Made by a program: the position numbers and the translations under genes
Origin: Octopus sinensis
Taxonomy: Eukaryota
DNA length: 64,000 bases
NCBI RefSeq assembly: GCF_006345805.1
Contig: NC_043005.1
Coordinates: 67,146,001-67,210,000 of the forward strand
Direction: 5' to 3'
The notes under the pieces: generated by a model
Seen by the model: only the letters and a program-made list of their open reading frames with translations
Told to the model about the DNA's origin: nothing
Databases searched by the model: none
Shown here: one piece after another, positions 12,330-25,191 of the stretch
How positions within the stretch are numbered: position 1 is the stretch's first letter
How the letters are laid out: the number at the start of each line of letters is the position of its first letter

Positions 12330-12960
12330 ATATTTATAAGCGTTACATGTATTATGAGGATTCGCGCTGCATATCAAAATGGTCACATCACGACTGCAGT
12401 TCAATGCTTTGTGAATACTATAAAGATTGTAAGACGTGACCTGGGAGGCTGCAACGGAGACTACAAAGTCCCGTCCAGCAAAAAGGGACACAGCAGACAT
12501 TTTGTATACATCCGTACGCCGGAGTTAGTCACCACATAATTGAACAGGACCTGGAGCTCAATTGACACAGCTATGGAAAGCTATTGGAAATTATGTTCAA
12601 TTCCTCGCTGGAGAGGACTGCTACTGGATGGTCATATGTGTTGCAACAGGATTCGATTCTTTGCCATATCTTTGGAAAAATTTATAATCGGTTGTCGGAA
12701 AATTTCTCCAACTTCACAAGCCCCATTTTCTGGCCTTTTACTTTTTTCCATTTCAATTTCACTGATTATTAAATGTGAGACACGGTTAAGAAAGACGCTA
12801 AGCACTCTCTGAACAGCAGCAAAACCGTTCAGGTACTAAGATCGAGAAGGTATCCGAGTACATTCCCTTGGATACAGTTAAGAATGCAAGATTTTGGAGC
12901 CGTCGAGAAGCCATGTTGGAAGCAAAATGCGAGGACTTTGTGTTAACTGTTATCATCCAG
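12330..12960 (+). pseudogene. Decayed maT/DD37D-like transposase
   Basis: KGHSRH...IRTPELV and WSYVLQQDS..CH...LSENF.NFTSPIFWP; homologous to 27469-28630. Confidence 0.7.
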
Positions 12961-13049
12961 AAAAATTCTAGTCGAAAGATTTTGACTTTTTAAAAGTTTT
13001 ACTTTTGTATGTGTGTGTATGTATTTGTGTGTGTAGGTGCGTTTGTGTG

Positions 13050-13087
<38 letters not shown>

Positions 13088-13229
13088 GAGGTCTGATCAA
13101 TAAGTAGGCAGACTGTTGACATGTAATGAAGCTAAAACACGCAGAGTGAAGCCGCTTGGCACACATTCACTTTGAACTCTGCTGTACATGCGCACTAAAT
13201 GTTAACTCTAGCTCACTTCCGCTTGGAAG

Positions 13230-13471
13230 TTAGTTAGTTAGTTAGTTATTTAATTTGGCTCAAAAGCAAATAGCAAGGCCATGTAGGGGGACATGGAGTT
13301 AAGTACAGGGTGGTGTTCATGTAAAAGTTCAGGCCACTTGAGGTCAAGGGAGGCTTTGAACAAAGCGGTCGTCGGCATCTTCACCATCTCGTCTGGCAGC
13401 TTGTTCCACGGATCCGCAACCCGGACGGAGAAAGCTCCTCTCCTTCGATTGAGATGAAATCGTCGCAGGAA
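13230..13471 (-). mobile_element. CR1-like LINE 3' end inserted in the mariner
   Basis: RRGAFSVRVADPWNKLPDEMVKMPTTALFKASLD.KW; (CTAA)n tail; GGAAG on both flanks (13225-13229, 13472-13476). Confidence 0.85.
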
Positions 13472-13648
13472 GGAAGATGTGTAGCGTGTGATCGTCTCAT
13501 TGACCATCACACAGAAAGTTGTCATGGCGATACCAGTTTAGAGGCTTATGCATAGTTGCAGAAGGTGTATGGTGAGGAGTGCATGAGCTGTACACAAGTG
13601 TACGCGTGGTTTAGACGTTTCCAAGATGGCCGAAAATATGACGATATT

Positions 13649-13711
13649 TATTCTTTATTGTTCATAAGGGGTTAAACATAGAGTGGACAAACAAGGACAG
13701 AAAAAGAAAAC
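13649..13711 (-). mobile_element. 63-bp SINE 3' fragment with an 11-bp flanking duplication
   Basis: ATGACGATATT at 13638-13648 and 13712-13722. The insert matches the SINE segment ctgtccttgtttgtcc..tgtttagcccctt. Confidence 0.7.
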
Positions 13712-14439
13712 ATGACGATATTGACGAACATTCTGGGAGAGCTGCAACCAACAGAACTGAGAAAAACATTGCAGATGTGCGTGCAGCTGTGAGAGGAAAT
13801 CGTCGAATCACCATCCGTAAGTATCAGAGGATGTGCAGATTCAATGCGACAATCGTACATTACACGCCTTCATTCCAAGCTCTTCTGTAAACAGCGGACG
13901 TGAGCTAGAGCGTCAAATCTTAGTGCACAAGCTACAGCCGCAGCAGCACATGAAGTTTTTGCAGGAAATAGGTGACGTGATTATCTCTGCCAATGCGATA
14001 AAGAAAATTTTGGGAATGTGGGAAAAACTTTCAGACTCTATTCAAAAGAAACTCCTAGGAAAAATTTCAACTTAGCGTTATTATCAAAAACTTCTGTAGA
14101 TGTAAATGAGAAAAGCGGGCCGAAAAGGGAATAAAATCAGCGAATAAGATTCAGTTATTCCAGTTTATACATTTCTCCTCAAACTCAAGTCATCAGCATC
14201 CTCAAATCGTGTGATTTCCAAGGTAAATGCTGTACATTATACTTAATAAAACAAGTTTATTTCAGTACATTCTATTTTTTAAATACAATATTCATTATTT
14301 ATGAGTACATTTTCCTTATTTAAAACAATATATAAAGAGAATTGCAGTGATGTTCGTGGGGCCCTGAACGGATTAATGACATTTCAATAAATTTCAATGG
14401 GGAAATTACTCGTATGTCAAATCAATTTTCCCCATTGAA

Positions 14440-14508
14440 ATATATATATATTATATATATATACATTTCTCTCATCTCTCTCTCCTCTCTCTCTCTCTCT
14501 ATATATAT

Positions 14509-14547
<39 letters not shown>

Positions 14548-14550
14548 CAT

Positions 14551-14623
<73 letters not shown>

Positions 14624-14635
14624 ATATATATAGTA
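14440..14635. repeat. (TA)n/(TC)n/(TG)n microsatellite
   Basis: Direct reading. Confidence 0.9.
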
Positions 14636-15073
14636 AGAGAGTAAGAGAGAAAGAGAGAGGGAAATTGACAGAGTGAAAGAGAGAAATAGCCACGTCTTTT
14701 CTGGGGACTGGAATATAAACTAAATCCACCCGTAAGCAGTTTCTCCTGTCATATTTAATATTTAATATTTCGAAAGCATTCAATAACGTGTTTATATCAA
14801 CTTTATTAGAATAGCTTTGTAATACTTCATATAGATTAAGCACGACAGACAATTTGTTGGGAAAGTAGGTCGAATACATTCCGTTTCCGTGGCGATTATA
14901 AACCTAGAAATCTTATATTAGCGCCCAAAACCGAAGTTATGTATTTTTGAATCGTACAACTTGCAATCATATATAAAGGTTCATGATTGTTTATTTACAT
15001 TCAAACCCGCTGGGACAAGATACACTGTTCTATATATCTATGTGTGTGTACACACAATCACACACACACATTT

Positions 15074-15130
<57 letters not shown>

Positions 15131-15194
15131 GCACACACACACACATACACACATAAACAGCCATGTGCAACGTTTTACTATATATGGAAAATAT

Positions 15195-15430
15195 AATTGT
15201 TATTAGACGTGAATAAAGGTGTCGAGACAGCTACATTGCTAGAAATAAGAGCTAAAATGTCTCAATGCTATGGGAAAAGCAGATAAATGTATGCATATAT
15301 GCTGATAGAGGATCTGTCGTCCAAAGCACCGTCTCAAGAATTCCTTAGACAGGGCGTCCAGTTTCGGTTATTTCCGTAGCCTCTTCAGTAAGGACAACTC
15401 GTTCGCCAGACTCCAGGCTTAATCCTCCGT
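15195..15430 (-). mobile_element. Family X short non-coding element carrying the HHR
   Basis: Body attct..ctttggacga..ccatagcatt..ttagctcttatttctagcaatgta recurs at 28750-28870 and 29310-29430. Confidence 0.65.
15342..15394 (-). ncRNA. Type I hammerhead ribozyme, canonical core with GUC site (family X)
   Basis: TCCTTA-CTGAAGA-GGCTA-CGGAAA-TAACC-GAA-ACTGG-ACGC-CCTGT-C-TAAGGA. One mismatch each in stems II and III. Confidence 0.85.
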
Positions 15431-15519
15431 CAGCAAATATGTATGCATTTATGTGCTTTTATTTCAGTATTAAAGCATTTTAGTTCTTCTTCTAGCAAGT
15501 ATATGTATATGTGTGTCGA

Positions 15520-15583
<64 letters not shown>

Positions 15584-15890
15584 TATATATATATAATATA
15601 TTATAATATATATATATATATATATGTATGTATGCATATATATATATATATTATATATATATATATATATTAATATATATAATATATATATATATGCACA
15701 AATATATAAACACATATATATATATGTATGTATCTATGTATCTATAAATATTTATATATATGCATATATACACACATACACATATATATATATATATATA
15801 TGTATGTGTGTCTATGTGTGTATGTGTATATATATGTATGTGTATAGGAATGTATACATGTTTTTATGTATGTATATATGTATGTTTATA
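15520..15890. repeat. Compound (TA)n/(TG)n/(TATG)n microsatellite
   Basis: Direct reading. Confidence 0.95.
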
Positions 15891-16424
15891 TGCAAGTGTG
15901 CTTGTACATAGAATGAAAGACAATATATTGTGTATAGTAGGGCAATCATAGCAGATGTTTTCTGTCTCGAAATTTAATTCACAGGAACTCACTGGGTCAA
16001 TCATTATCATGATAGGTATCTTCACTGTCGTCAGCATCTAGAACACCAGTAACTGTAGTTCATTATCACCATCGTACACGCAGACTTACACGGCACGATA
16101 ATCACTCACTGTACCAGCTTGTACAGTAGCAGCATTGACTCTGTCATCCACATTGATTGCACTGTTTGATAACGAGTAAGATGTATAGCAAAGTACGCTA
16201 GAATGATTCCCATTACGGAAAAGCGTCGTGCAAACCACGCGGTGATGTTGGCAAGGTAACGATGACAGCATGGTCAACATACAGTGTTGTTTATTAATAT
16301 GAAATGAATACACTGAAGTCAGATCGTAAAGTTAATATGTATGTATGCTATTCAGTCGATCTTGATAGAATTGCATTTGGCGATTGCAGTGATATTGGTA
16401 TTGCCGGTGTCGGAGCTAGTGACG

Positions 16425-16441
16425 TTGATGATGATGACGAC

Positions 16442-16488
<47 letters not shown>

Positions 16489-16571
16489 CGACGACGACGT
16501 CGACGATGATGATAGTGATGATAGTGGTGTTGGTGGTGGTGTTGGTGGTGGTGATGGTGATGATGATGATA

Positions 16572-16604
<33 letters not shown>

Positions 16605-16670
16605 GTGAAGATGATGATGATGATGACGATGATGATGATGATGACGATTATGATGATGATGATGATGGCG
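16425..16670. repeat. (GAT)n/(GGT)n trinucleotide tract within a decayed trinucleotide-rich region (~15990-17330)
   Basis: Direct reading. Confidence 0.95.
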
Positions 16671-17634
16671 ATTGTACTGGTGGTGGGGAGATTACGGCCA
16701 TGGTAATGATGATGTGAGGGAAGAAGAATAGAGGAAGTATCAAAAGCAACATGAAAAATACGATCACGTGATTTCCTAAGATAACAACGTTTCGTAGGAT
16801 CCTATTTTTTCGATGTGTCCCCCCCGCACTGTCTGTGGTAGTAGAGCAGAATTTTAGGGAGATTTCGTTGTTATAGTTAAAAAGGTCGAACGATTGCTTA
16901 GATACTCTGTTTGTTTAGTCATGATGTCGATGATGATTGTGATAAGGCTGATGATGACAGTTTAATGATAGTTTTGATAAAATGCTGATATCAATGTCAA
17001 TGCTAATAACGCAGCGGTTGATGACTTTTGCCGTTATTGTTATGATTGTAGGGATGCGGTTGATAGATGTGAGGCTGATAGGAACAGTGACGTCCATGCT
17101 TATCATAAAGTCACAAGGGAATTTATACTCAGATGTAAACAACATTATCATAATGATAGTAATGGTGTTGGTGTAGATGATGGATGAGTCTGTAATTGCG
17201 GTAGAGGGTAGAGATTGTAGTGGTGGTAGTGGTAGAGTTAATGCCTTGGTAGGTTAGTAATATTTTTCTTAATGGTAGTAATGAAACAGAGATGGCCACG
17301 GTCTTGTACATGACGTTGTCGATGCTAAAGAGTTTTGAACGTATGATGGTGTTGATGAATATGTAAGATTGTCTTCTTGCGGTATTATTTTTGTTGTACA
17401 TTCGATTAATCTTGATTTCCTTCTTATGGCATTCTATCGTTGACAGTAGTTTAGTTGATGTTACTAGAAGAATTGTAGACAATTGTTTCGTGTGTGTAGT
17501 ATATTTTCAGTCTTGGCTAGCCACGCTGTTATTACTTTTAATCATTTAAGTGCTGGTGTCACTTATTGCTAATGGTGTTAGTGTAGCGTTAGTTTCGATA
17601 CTGATGTGACTAGTAAAGGCAATCATGAACGAAG

Positions 17635-18208
17635 AAAATATTCTTTTCTACTCTAGATACAAAGCCCGAAATTTTGGAGGAGGGGACCAGTCGATTACAT
17701 CGACCCCAGTACGCAGTAGGTACTTAAGTTATCCACCCCGAAAGGACGAAAGGTAAAGTCGCCGTCGGCGGAAGTTGAACTCAGAACATTAAAGACAGAT
17801 GAAATACCTATTTCCTTGCTAACCACAAGGGGCTAAACACAGAGAGGACAAACGGATTAAGTCGATTATATCGATCCCAGTGCATAACTGGTACTTATTT
17901 GATCGACTCCGAAAGGATGAAAGGCAAAGTCGACTTCGGCGGAATTTGAACCTAGAACGTAGCGGCAGACGAAATACCTATTTCTTTATTACCCACAAGG
18001 GGCTAAACACAGAGGGGACAAACAAGGACAGACATAGGTATTAAGTCGATTACATCGACCCCAATGCGTAACTGGTACTTAATTTATCGACCCTGAAAGG
18101 ATGAAAGGCAAAGTCGACCTCGGCGGATTTTGAACTCACAACGTAACGCAGACGAAATACCGCTAAGCATTTCGCCCGGCGTGCTAACGTTTCTGCCAGC
18201 TCACCGCC
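17635..18208 (-). mobile_element. Major tRNA-like SINE with tandemly reiterated internal units (about 3)
   Basis: Head ggcggtgagctggcagaaacgttagcacgccgggcgaaatgcttagcgg, followed by repeated gagttcaaattccgccgaggtcgactttgcctttcatcctttc units. Confidence 0.85.
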
Positions 18209-18385
18209 TTATGTACGATAAAAAAATTGCTAACAAGATTAAAGAAACTTATCTTTTTGTCAATGGTAATAATAATTATTATTTCTAGAATTGAAACACG
18301 TAAGAATGATTGAATTTTAAATGAGCTAAATCCCTTTCCTTAATCTAATTTTCATTCATTTTATAAAAACAATATAAACCATACG

Positions 18386-18657
18386 GTTGTGTCTGGGGAG
18401 AGTCATTTTCTTTTTGTACTTTATAATTTAACACACTCACCGGTAAAATTTCCACTGATATCTTATTTTTATGTTTCTAAAATTGTCGTTGCGTCTTGCA
18501 ACCTTTTCAATAGTTTTCAAGAGTCAAGACTATTGAAAAGTTTGCAAGACGCAACGAAAATTTTAGGAACATAAAAATATGAAATTTGTGGAAATTTTAC
18601 CTGTGAGTGTGTAAAATGATAAGGTATAAAAAGAAAATGGCTCTCCCCAGACACAAC
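18386..18657. repeat. 272-bp imperfect palindrome (fold-back/MITE-like)
   Basis: gttgtgtctggggagag...caatagt / actattg...ctctccccagacacaac. A single diverged arm also occurs at ~45435-45560. Confidence 0.85.
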
Positions 18658-18852
18658 AGAATATGCTTCAACACACGAACTCAAATAAAAAGTCATGCAA
18701 AACAAATCCAAAAACGAAATGTAAACCATGCTGTTGTGAAACGGAAATTTAGAGAAATTTTATAGAATATCACCGCAAGGGCATTTTATTAGGCAGTTCC
18801 ATGGCCCTGCCATATAGTAATAGTCATGTCGTTTAGTTTACGCAATACTATA

Positions 18853-19180
18853 TGTGGTGAGTGTGGTATTGAGCTGAAACTGTGTTGAAGGCGGGAGTGG
18901 GAGTGTGGGTAGGCCCTGTCCAGAGTCCCTTAGTACGGAAGTGCTGAAGAAAGCATGCGCAGCGGTGACAGGAAGAGTTCAGATGGCAACCGGACAGCAT
19001 GAAGGCAAGAGTGTGTGCACAACCAAGAGAAGAGAACGCCCACGTGGGTAGTGAGAGAACGCTCCCTCCAGATCGACAGGCAAGGAAGCCTAAATTCTCC
19101 TTTTTTCTAATTTCCCCTTCATACCACGAGCTATTTTAGCTCATTGCGTAGCGCTCAAAGGGAAAAAAAAAATAGTTTTC
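18853..19180 (+). mobile_element. Possible 5' LTR of the adjacent Gypsy element
   Basis: Starts TGTGG and is GC-richer than the flanks, directly upstream of gag. No clear PBS and no second LTR to confirm. Confidence 0.3.
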
Positions 19181-19222
19181 AACGGTAAAATACGGCATCG
19201 AAAATTAGACTCGGCAACGACA

Positions 19223-20135
19223 TCTTGAGACCATTCTCCGGCCAGGGCGACATGGTGGCTTGGCTAAAGAAGGTGAAGCTGGTAGCAAAATTACAAGGAA
19301 TACAGGACGCAACCAGCCTCCTACCATTGTATTTAAAAGGAAACGCGCCGAGCCTGTATGTAGAGATGTCGGAGAGTGATAAGCAAAAAATTGAAAAGAT
19401 CGAGAAACGGCTAAAAGTTGATTATACAGAGGGAGCCTTTAAGGCGTATAGTAAGCGCGGAAGCGTGAGCTGGACCGGAGAACAGGTCGACGATCATGCG
19501 AGTGAGATTAGGAGATGGTGGCTTTAGCAGGGATTTCCGGCAAGGCAATAGAGTGTGTTGTGAGGTTGACTTGTGACCGGATTCCTCGATCACATTTCAA
19601 TAAGTTTGCAGCAGCTACCGGGTATCCACACCGGTGAGCGAGGTGATAGAGCGTACTCGCGTCATGACTCAGAACAACACACGCGATGTAGTTTGTACGA
19701 TGACAGAGACGAAACCGACATAGACGCGAATCGAAGATAGAGGGAAGAAGAATGAGGCGAGAGAAGCTGGGCAAACGATGAAGGACCGTGTTTCAGATAT
19801 TTGGGTCCTCATATAGTCAGAGACTGCACGGCACCGAAACCGGAAGTGATGTACAACCGGTGTGACCAGCCCGGACACATTACTAACCAATGTAAACAGG
19901 GAAACGGATGGAAAAGAGCTACTGCGCCTGTAGCTACCCCGTCAACCGATTAGAGGCGCACTCGCAGTCACTGCCAATAATAAACGTTCAGGTGTAGTCG
20001 AGAGAGGCCCGAGCCCTTGTAGATACTGGTTGCGCTACAAATTTGGTGACGGTAAAAATGGTGACTAGCTGGTGCGGTAACTCACATCTAAGTGCAGTGG
20101 ATAGCAGGAAAGTGAGGTGCAGAGGCGAATACTGT
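19223..20135 (+). mobile_element. Ty3/Gypsy-like gag-protease fragment
   Basis: FSGQGDMVAWLKKVKLVAKL..LPLYL.G.A...AY..GEQVD gag motif; CDQPGHITNQC zinc-knuckle half; RALVDTGCATNLV aspartic protease. Truncated before RT. Confidence 0.85.
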
Positions 20136-20293
20136 TTGATTTCATTATTTTCTTCTTTTTACCTATGTGACTTGCAAGTAGTGTTACCTGTGGAGTCATA
20201 TTTTGTAGGAAAAGAAATAGCGGTCTTTTGGCTACTATTTCTAAATTTTCAGTATGTGGTGAAGCAACTTTGTTGCTAAACCCTTAATTATTG

Positions 20294-20339
<46 letters not shown>

Positions 20340-20612
20340 ATGGGTAAAATTAATTAATCAATTAATAATTAATAATTTTACCATGTAAGTCGGAATGTTA
20401 AAAGAACCATTATCAGTAAACTTATACAAAAATTCAATAAATATGAGCATAACTATAATTAGCGTTCAGCAAAATATGTTTCACCACATGCCGAAATTTT
20501 AAAATAGCAGTTAAATACTATTCTACCACCATAAGATATCTCCCAGACAGCAATACTCAAAAACCCACGCAGGTAAAGAGAAACAAATAACGAATCCACC
20601 CGGCTTTGATTA

Positions 20613-20694
20613 ACTGTATACGCGTTTCGGGTTAGAGAGATGTAAAAAATGTAAAAACATATTTCTACTCACTCATTCCCTTCATCTGTACAGT
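20613..20694 (-). ncRNA. Hammerhead-like motif with U4>A core change and long loop II
   Basis: ACTGTA-CAGATGA-A-GGG..CCC-GAAAC-GC-GTA-TACAGT, inside a repeat (20340-20720) homologous to 45180-45420. Confidence 0.55.
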
Positions 20695-20744
20695 ATTTCA
20701 AATTTCAAATTTGAGAGCACTGATAATTAACATACGCATTCGTT

Positions 20745-20751
20745 ATATATA

Positions 20752-20786
<35 letters not shown>

Positions 20787-20866
20787 GATATATATATATA
20801 TATATCTATATATCTATATATATATATATATATTATATATATATATATATATATAATATATATAAT

Positions 20867-20906
<40 letters not shown>

Positions 20907-20945
20907 CGTATGTGTGTGTGTGTGTTTATGTGTGTTGTGTGTGTG
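20745..20945. repeat. (TA)n/(TG)n microsatellite
   Basis: Direct reading. Confidence 0.95.
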
Positions 20946-21844
20946 TGTTGAGAGGGGGAGATAGAGCTGAATAAACTGATAGATTCATACATACATATAT
21001 ACATACATAAATACATAAGCCGGTTTATATGTGTATGTGTGAGGAATCTGATTATATGTTTGTGTATATATGTGTATCTGTGTGTGTGTGTGAGAATGTA
21101 CGCGTGTGTGTATGTACCTGTGAATACGTATACTTTATATGTTATTCTTATAATGTACTACGCTGTTTGAAACAGTTTTGAGATACGCGTAATAAGATTC
21201 TTGAACACCGTTTCCTTTACATTTGATGTTCTTGTTTAATTCTGCCTGATAATGTTGATTTATTAACCATCGGAAATTACAACACGTATTCATGGTATTA
21301 TTTGTAGTCATCTTTCATTATTAGATTCTATTTCTCCCGATATCGAACAAATCTTTGGTAACGTATTTCAGATAGTGCAAAAAGAGCGTGGAGAAAGAGC
21401 GAACGGTAAAGAATGAAATGAACGGAGTGGGGGGAGGGAGAGAGAAAAGAGGGGGCTGAGCAATAAATTGTAAAGAGATGCATTCAGTGAGGCTCAAATA
21501 ATGACATCCTCTTTTTGTAGTTCTGTAGATTATTTGAACTAAGATAAAAGAGCAAATGATGGAAGGCAATTAAACTTCTCGTGCAGACACACCCACATAC
21601 ATACACACACACACTCCATCCCATAAATATGTATCTATGTACACATATTTGTGTGTGTATGTGAGTGAAATGATGTTACTGAATAAAAAATAATATATAT
21701 TTTTTTATATATAATAATTTTTATATATAATATAATCTTTAGGGATATCAAAAAGTGAAATTGTGGAACTCTGACTACATAATAACCGCACGTAATATTA
21801 ATCGATCTGTGTGGTATGTTTATTTGCATAGCTATGTGTATGTC

Positions 21845-21939
21845 TGTCTATGTATGTATGTATGTATGTATGTATGTATGTATGTATGTATGCATGTATC
21901 TGTATATCCATCTGACTATTTATCTATCCATCTATCTAC

Positions 21940-22027
<88 letters not shown>

Positions 22028-22270
22028 CTATCTATCTATATCCCTTTCTTTCTATCTATCTATCTTTATTTTTCTCTTTTATATATATGTGTGTATCTGT
22101 ATTTCTTTGTATATCTGTGTACATATGCGTAGCGTGCGAATGTTTGTGGGGGGCGCGTGCGTGCATGCGTGCGTTCGTGTGTGTGTATGTGTGTGTGTGG
22201 GCGTTCGTGTATGTGTGTGTATGTTTGTGTGTGTATGTTTGTGTGTGTGTGTGTGTATGTGTGTGCTTGT
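21845..22270. repeat. (TATG)n/(TATC)n/(TA)n/(TG)n compound microsatellite
   Basis: Direct reading. Confidence 0.95.
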
Positions 22271-24625
22271 TTGGATAAATACAATTGAATATTTGTCCGA
22301 CCGCTTTTTTGAATAAAGTGCCGAAAGCGTTTTAACTATGATACTTTGACCTGAATGATTCTATCAATGAAATGAATGATCAGGAATTTAACTGAAATAA
22401 AATAATTATCAAAAAAAAAAAAAAAAATCAAAAGTAGGGAAGAAAAGAAAGAAAGTTCTAACAAATTCTTTATACTCACACTCAAAAGTATGGTATGCAT
22501 CTAGCTTCAGGAGTCGCCTCTGTAAGTCTAATCCACATTATAAACAGAATACTTTATTTGCAAAGCTGTTCTGTTATTTATTTAGTTGCTAGTTGCCCTA
22601 TACGTGAACGACTAATGTATTGCACAGCACTGGCCTTCGGATTGTGTGGATTTTTGAATTATTTTTTACTTATTGATTTTCCTTTTAAGTGAAGTCTCTT
22701 TTGTGAACAGAATGGGATTGTTGTACCTCTTATGTAAATATATGAAAGAGCTCACCGATATCAATATTTTGCGTGTGATAAAGGATATATAAGTAGTAAG
22801 GAGAACCAGGTTTTAGCTATAAAATACACGTATTTTCTGGAAAAGATCAATAGAGATCCTAAATATATGTTCTCATCTAAATAGATGAGATCCAAAAAAA
22901 TCAGTCTAAAGACGATCAAAAATAATTTAAGATAAAATATATATGTGTTTAACTAATTTAGTTTTCCCTAATATAATGTAATTTTCAATAGATGTTATTA
23001 TTCGCTGAATTAATTGCATTTTTATGTTGCAGTATATTGCTGATAGGAAATCTATTACAGCTTTAATATTCTTGCATTCTTAAGGACGCAGAGGAAATAT
23101 GAAGGATATTGTTATAGTTTCGAAGATAGATATATTATTTCCAATGCAATTAATGTTAAGAAGCAATTACAAATAATCTCGAACACAATATATAATGGCC
23201 TAGTGTAACATTGTTTATATAAAGATAGATTTTAGTTTCCACTCTATGAAGAAAAACTATAAACCACTTGTTTTTAAAAGTAATTTCTCCATCACTATAA
23301 AAAGGAGTGATCATTTGAACTAGATTTAATTATGTTGCTGGATTTTCTACAGTTTTTTTTACAAATTTTAATATATATTGCATAATGTTTCCGCTGTGTA
23401 AGCCGTTTATACATCAAATACGTGCGCGGACGCCACACTCATACGCATGCATACACTTACATATACGTACTTTCATATATTGCTATATGCTTTGTAAAAA
23501 ATATATAAATTGTTTACCCTTTATACTCGTGTCACTGTGGTCAGTAAACAAAACTAATATTTACCTATTAATCTGTAAGTATGTTCTTAATTATATTTTA
23601 TCGCATTTATTGCGCTTGAAATAGGTATTGCTATTCTTCCAATGATATTTAGTTCAGATTTCACTAGTTTTCTATTTTTCTGTATACTTTGCCTTTCTTA
23701 CTAATTTTTTGAGTTAATTTAGCTTACCCAAGTGTTTCTTTGAGCAGATTACATTATAGACTTCGAATTACATATTTTTATGAAAAGGATAAACCTAAAG
23801 TTTCATATTTAAACTTCAAATATCATAGGAAGGATCTGTTTCTCATATAATTGCAGTTTTACACCCACATTGACACTGTATCCTTACGCTGTATATATTT
23901 AATACTATAAGCACTTCTGCCAAGGATACATTTTAGAGGAAAAAGAAAACCCGAAATTTTATATCATTAGTGGGGATTACTTAATGGAAATGGACACAAG
24001 AAGGAAGTGAAATTGCATTGTATTCTCGAATATTAACATCTGCTCAATAGCGGTAGGCATACCTTTCATGTATGAAAAAAAAATTGTTACAAAATAATTA
24101 GGTGCTATGTTTTAAGATAAAGGCCATGGAAGGCGACACATGCATTTGTCAAGAATATGACGGTTGATTAATCATATAGTAATATCAACATTACCATTGA
24201 ACAAAACCTCAAGGACTTCTCTGACTGATTATGTTTTAGAAATACCAGTCAAAAAATGCATCAAACATCATCTTTATGAGTAAAAAAATAATGAGTGCTT
24301 GTCAAAGTAGCATTAGATATACCATATTTGAATATAGTTATGTTGGTCATAGTGAAAATGTCTTTTCGCATTGGTATTGTTTCATCACAACTACATTCAA
24401 AGAAACAAGACCAACAATAACATCAGCGAAAACAAAACAACAATGACAATATTAGAACATTCTTTGTGAAATCAAGTCTTAGTATAGCAAGGACGCATTG
24501 AAAAGGTAGTTTAAGGCATTGAAAAATGAAAGCAGGTTCAGTGTAGTAGTGCTGTTGATCATGCGTTGCTCATTTAAGTGTGATTGCAGAGTTACAAACA
24601 ACAACACTATTAAACAACTATACTA

Positions 24626-25191
24626 TTGGGTTGTCCGGAAAGTTCGTGTCGATTTATAGTAGATTGCCTATCGACTTATTTTAGAACATGGCTGAGTCCA
24701 TAAAATAGGATTTGACTACACTTCTATTTAGAGTACAGTTTAAGCTATCTTTTCGGGGAAGAAGGTTTATGTTCCTATAACCTGTGATAATTCTGTAAAA
24801 CTTTAAAATGTAAGATAAGAAAATTCATTTTCGGCACTTGATGCTTTGGGAACCAGACAAAAATTGCTGCAGCTCGGCTGGGATGTGTTACCTCACCCTC
24901 CATATTCACCAGATATTGTTCTTTCGGATTTCCACTTATTCAGGCCTCTGCAGAATAGTCTTAATGGTAAACATTTCAATTCCTTGAATGACGTAAAAAG
25001 ATACGTTGATGAATTCTTTGCCATGAAACCACCTCAATTCTGGGAAGAGGGTATTTTCAATTTAAAGGAAAGATGGAGACGCATTGTGCAACAAAATGGT
25101 TCATGTTTGGTTGATTAAAAATGTAACGGCAAGTATTTATTCACCTTTTTCTTTCCTTTAAAAATCGGCACAAACTTTCCGGACAACCCAA
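24626..25191 (+). mobile_element. Non-autonomous mariner (mellifera-like), internally deleted, 566 bp
   Basis: TIRs ttgggttgtccggaaagttcgtg / cacaaactttccggacaacccaa with TA TSDs. HFRHLMLW is fused to TRQKLLQLGWDVLPHPPYSPD..SDFHLFR. Confidence 0.95.

Larger units (their letters stand above)
13087..13830 (+). mobile_element. 5' half of a mariner element with two nested insertions
   Basis: TA + cgaggtctgatcaataagt left TIR. After removing the inserts it reads LEAYA*LQKVYGEECMS.TQVYAWFRRFQDGRKYDDIDEHSGR...RRITIR. Confidence 0.8.

Noticed and set aside
14388-14440. Short hairpin atttcaatggg..cccattgaaat
   Set aside because: Too short to assign; likely an internal palindrome of a decayed MITE.
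16304-16717. Poly-Asp ORF resembling an acidic biomineralisation protein
   Set aside because: Pure (GAT)n tract inside a broader decayed trinucleotide region; the overlapping frame gives poly-Met; no signal peptide or exon context.
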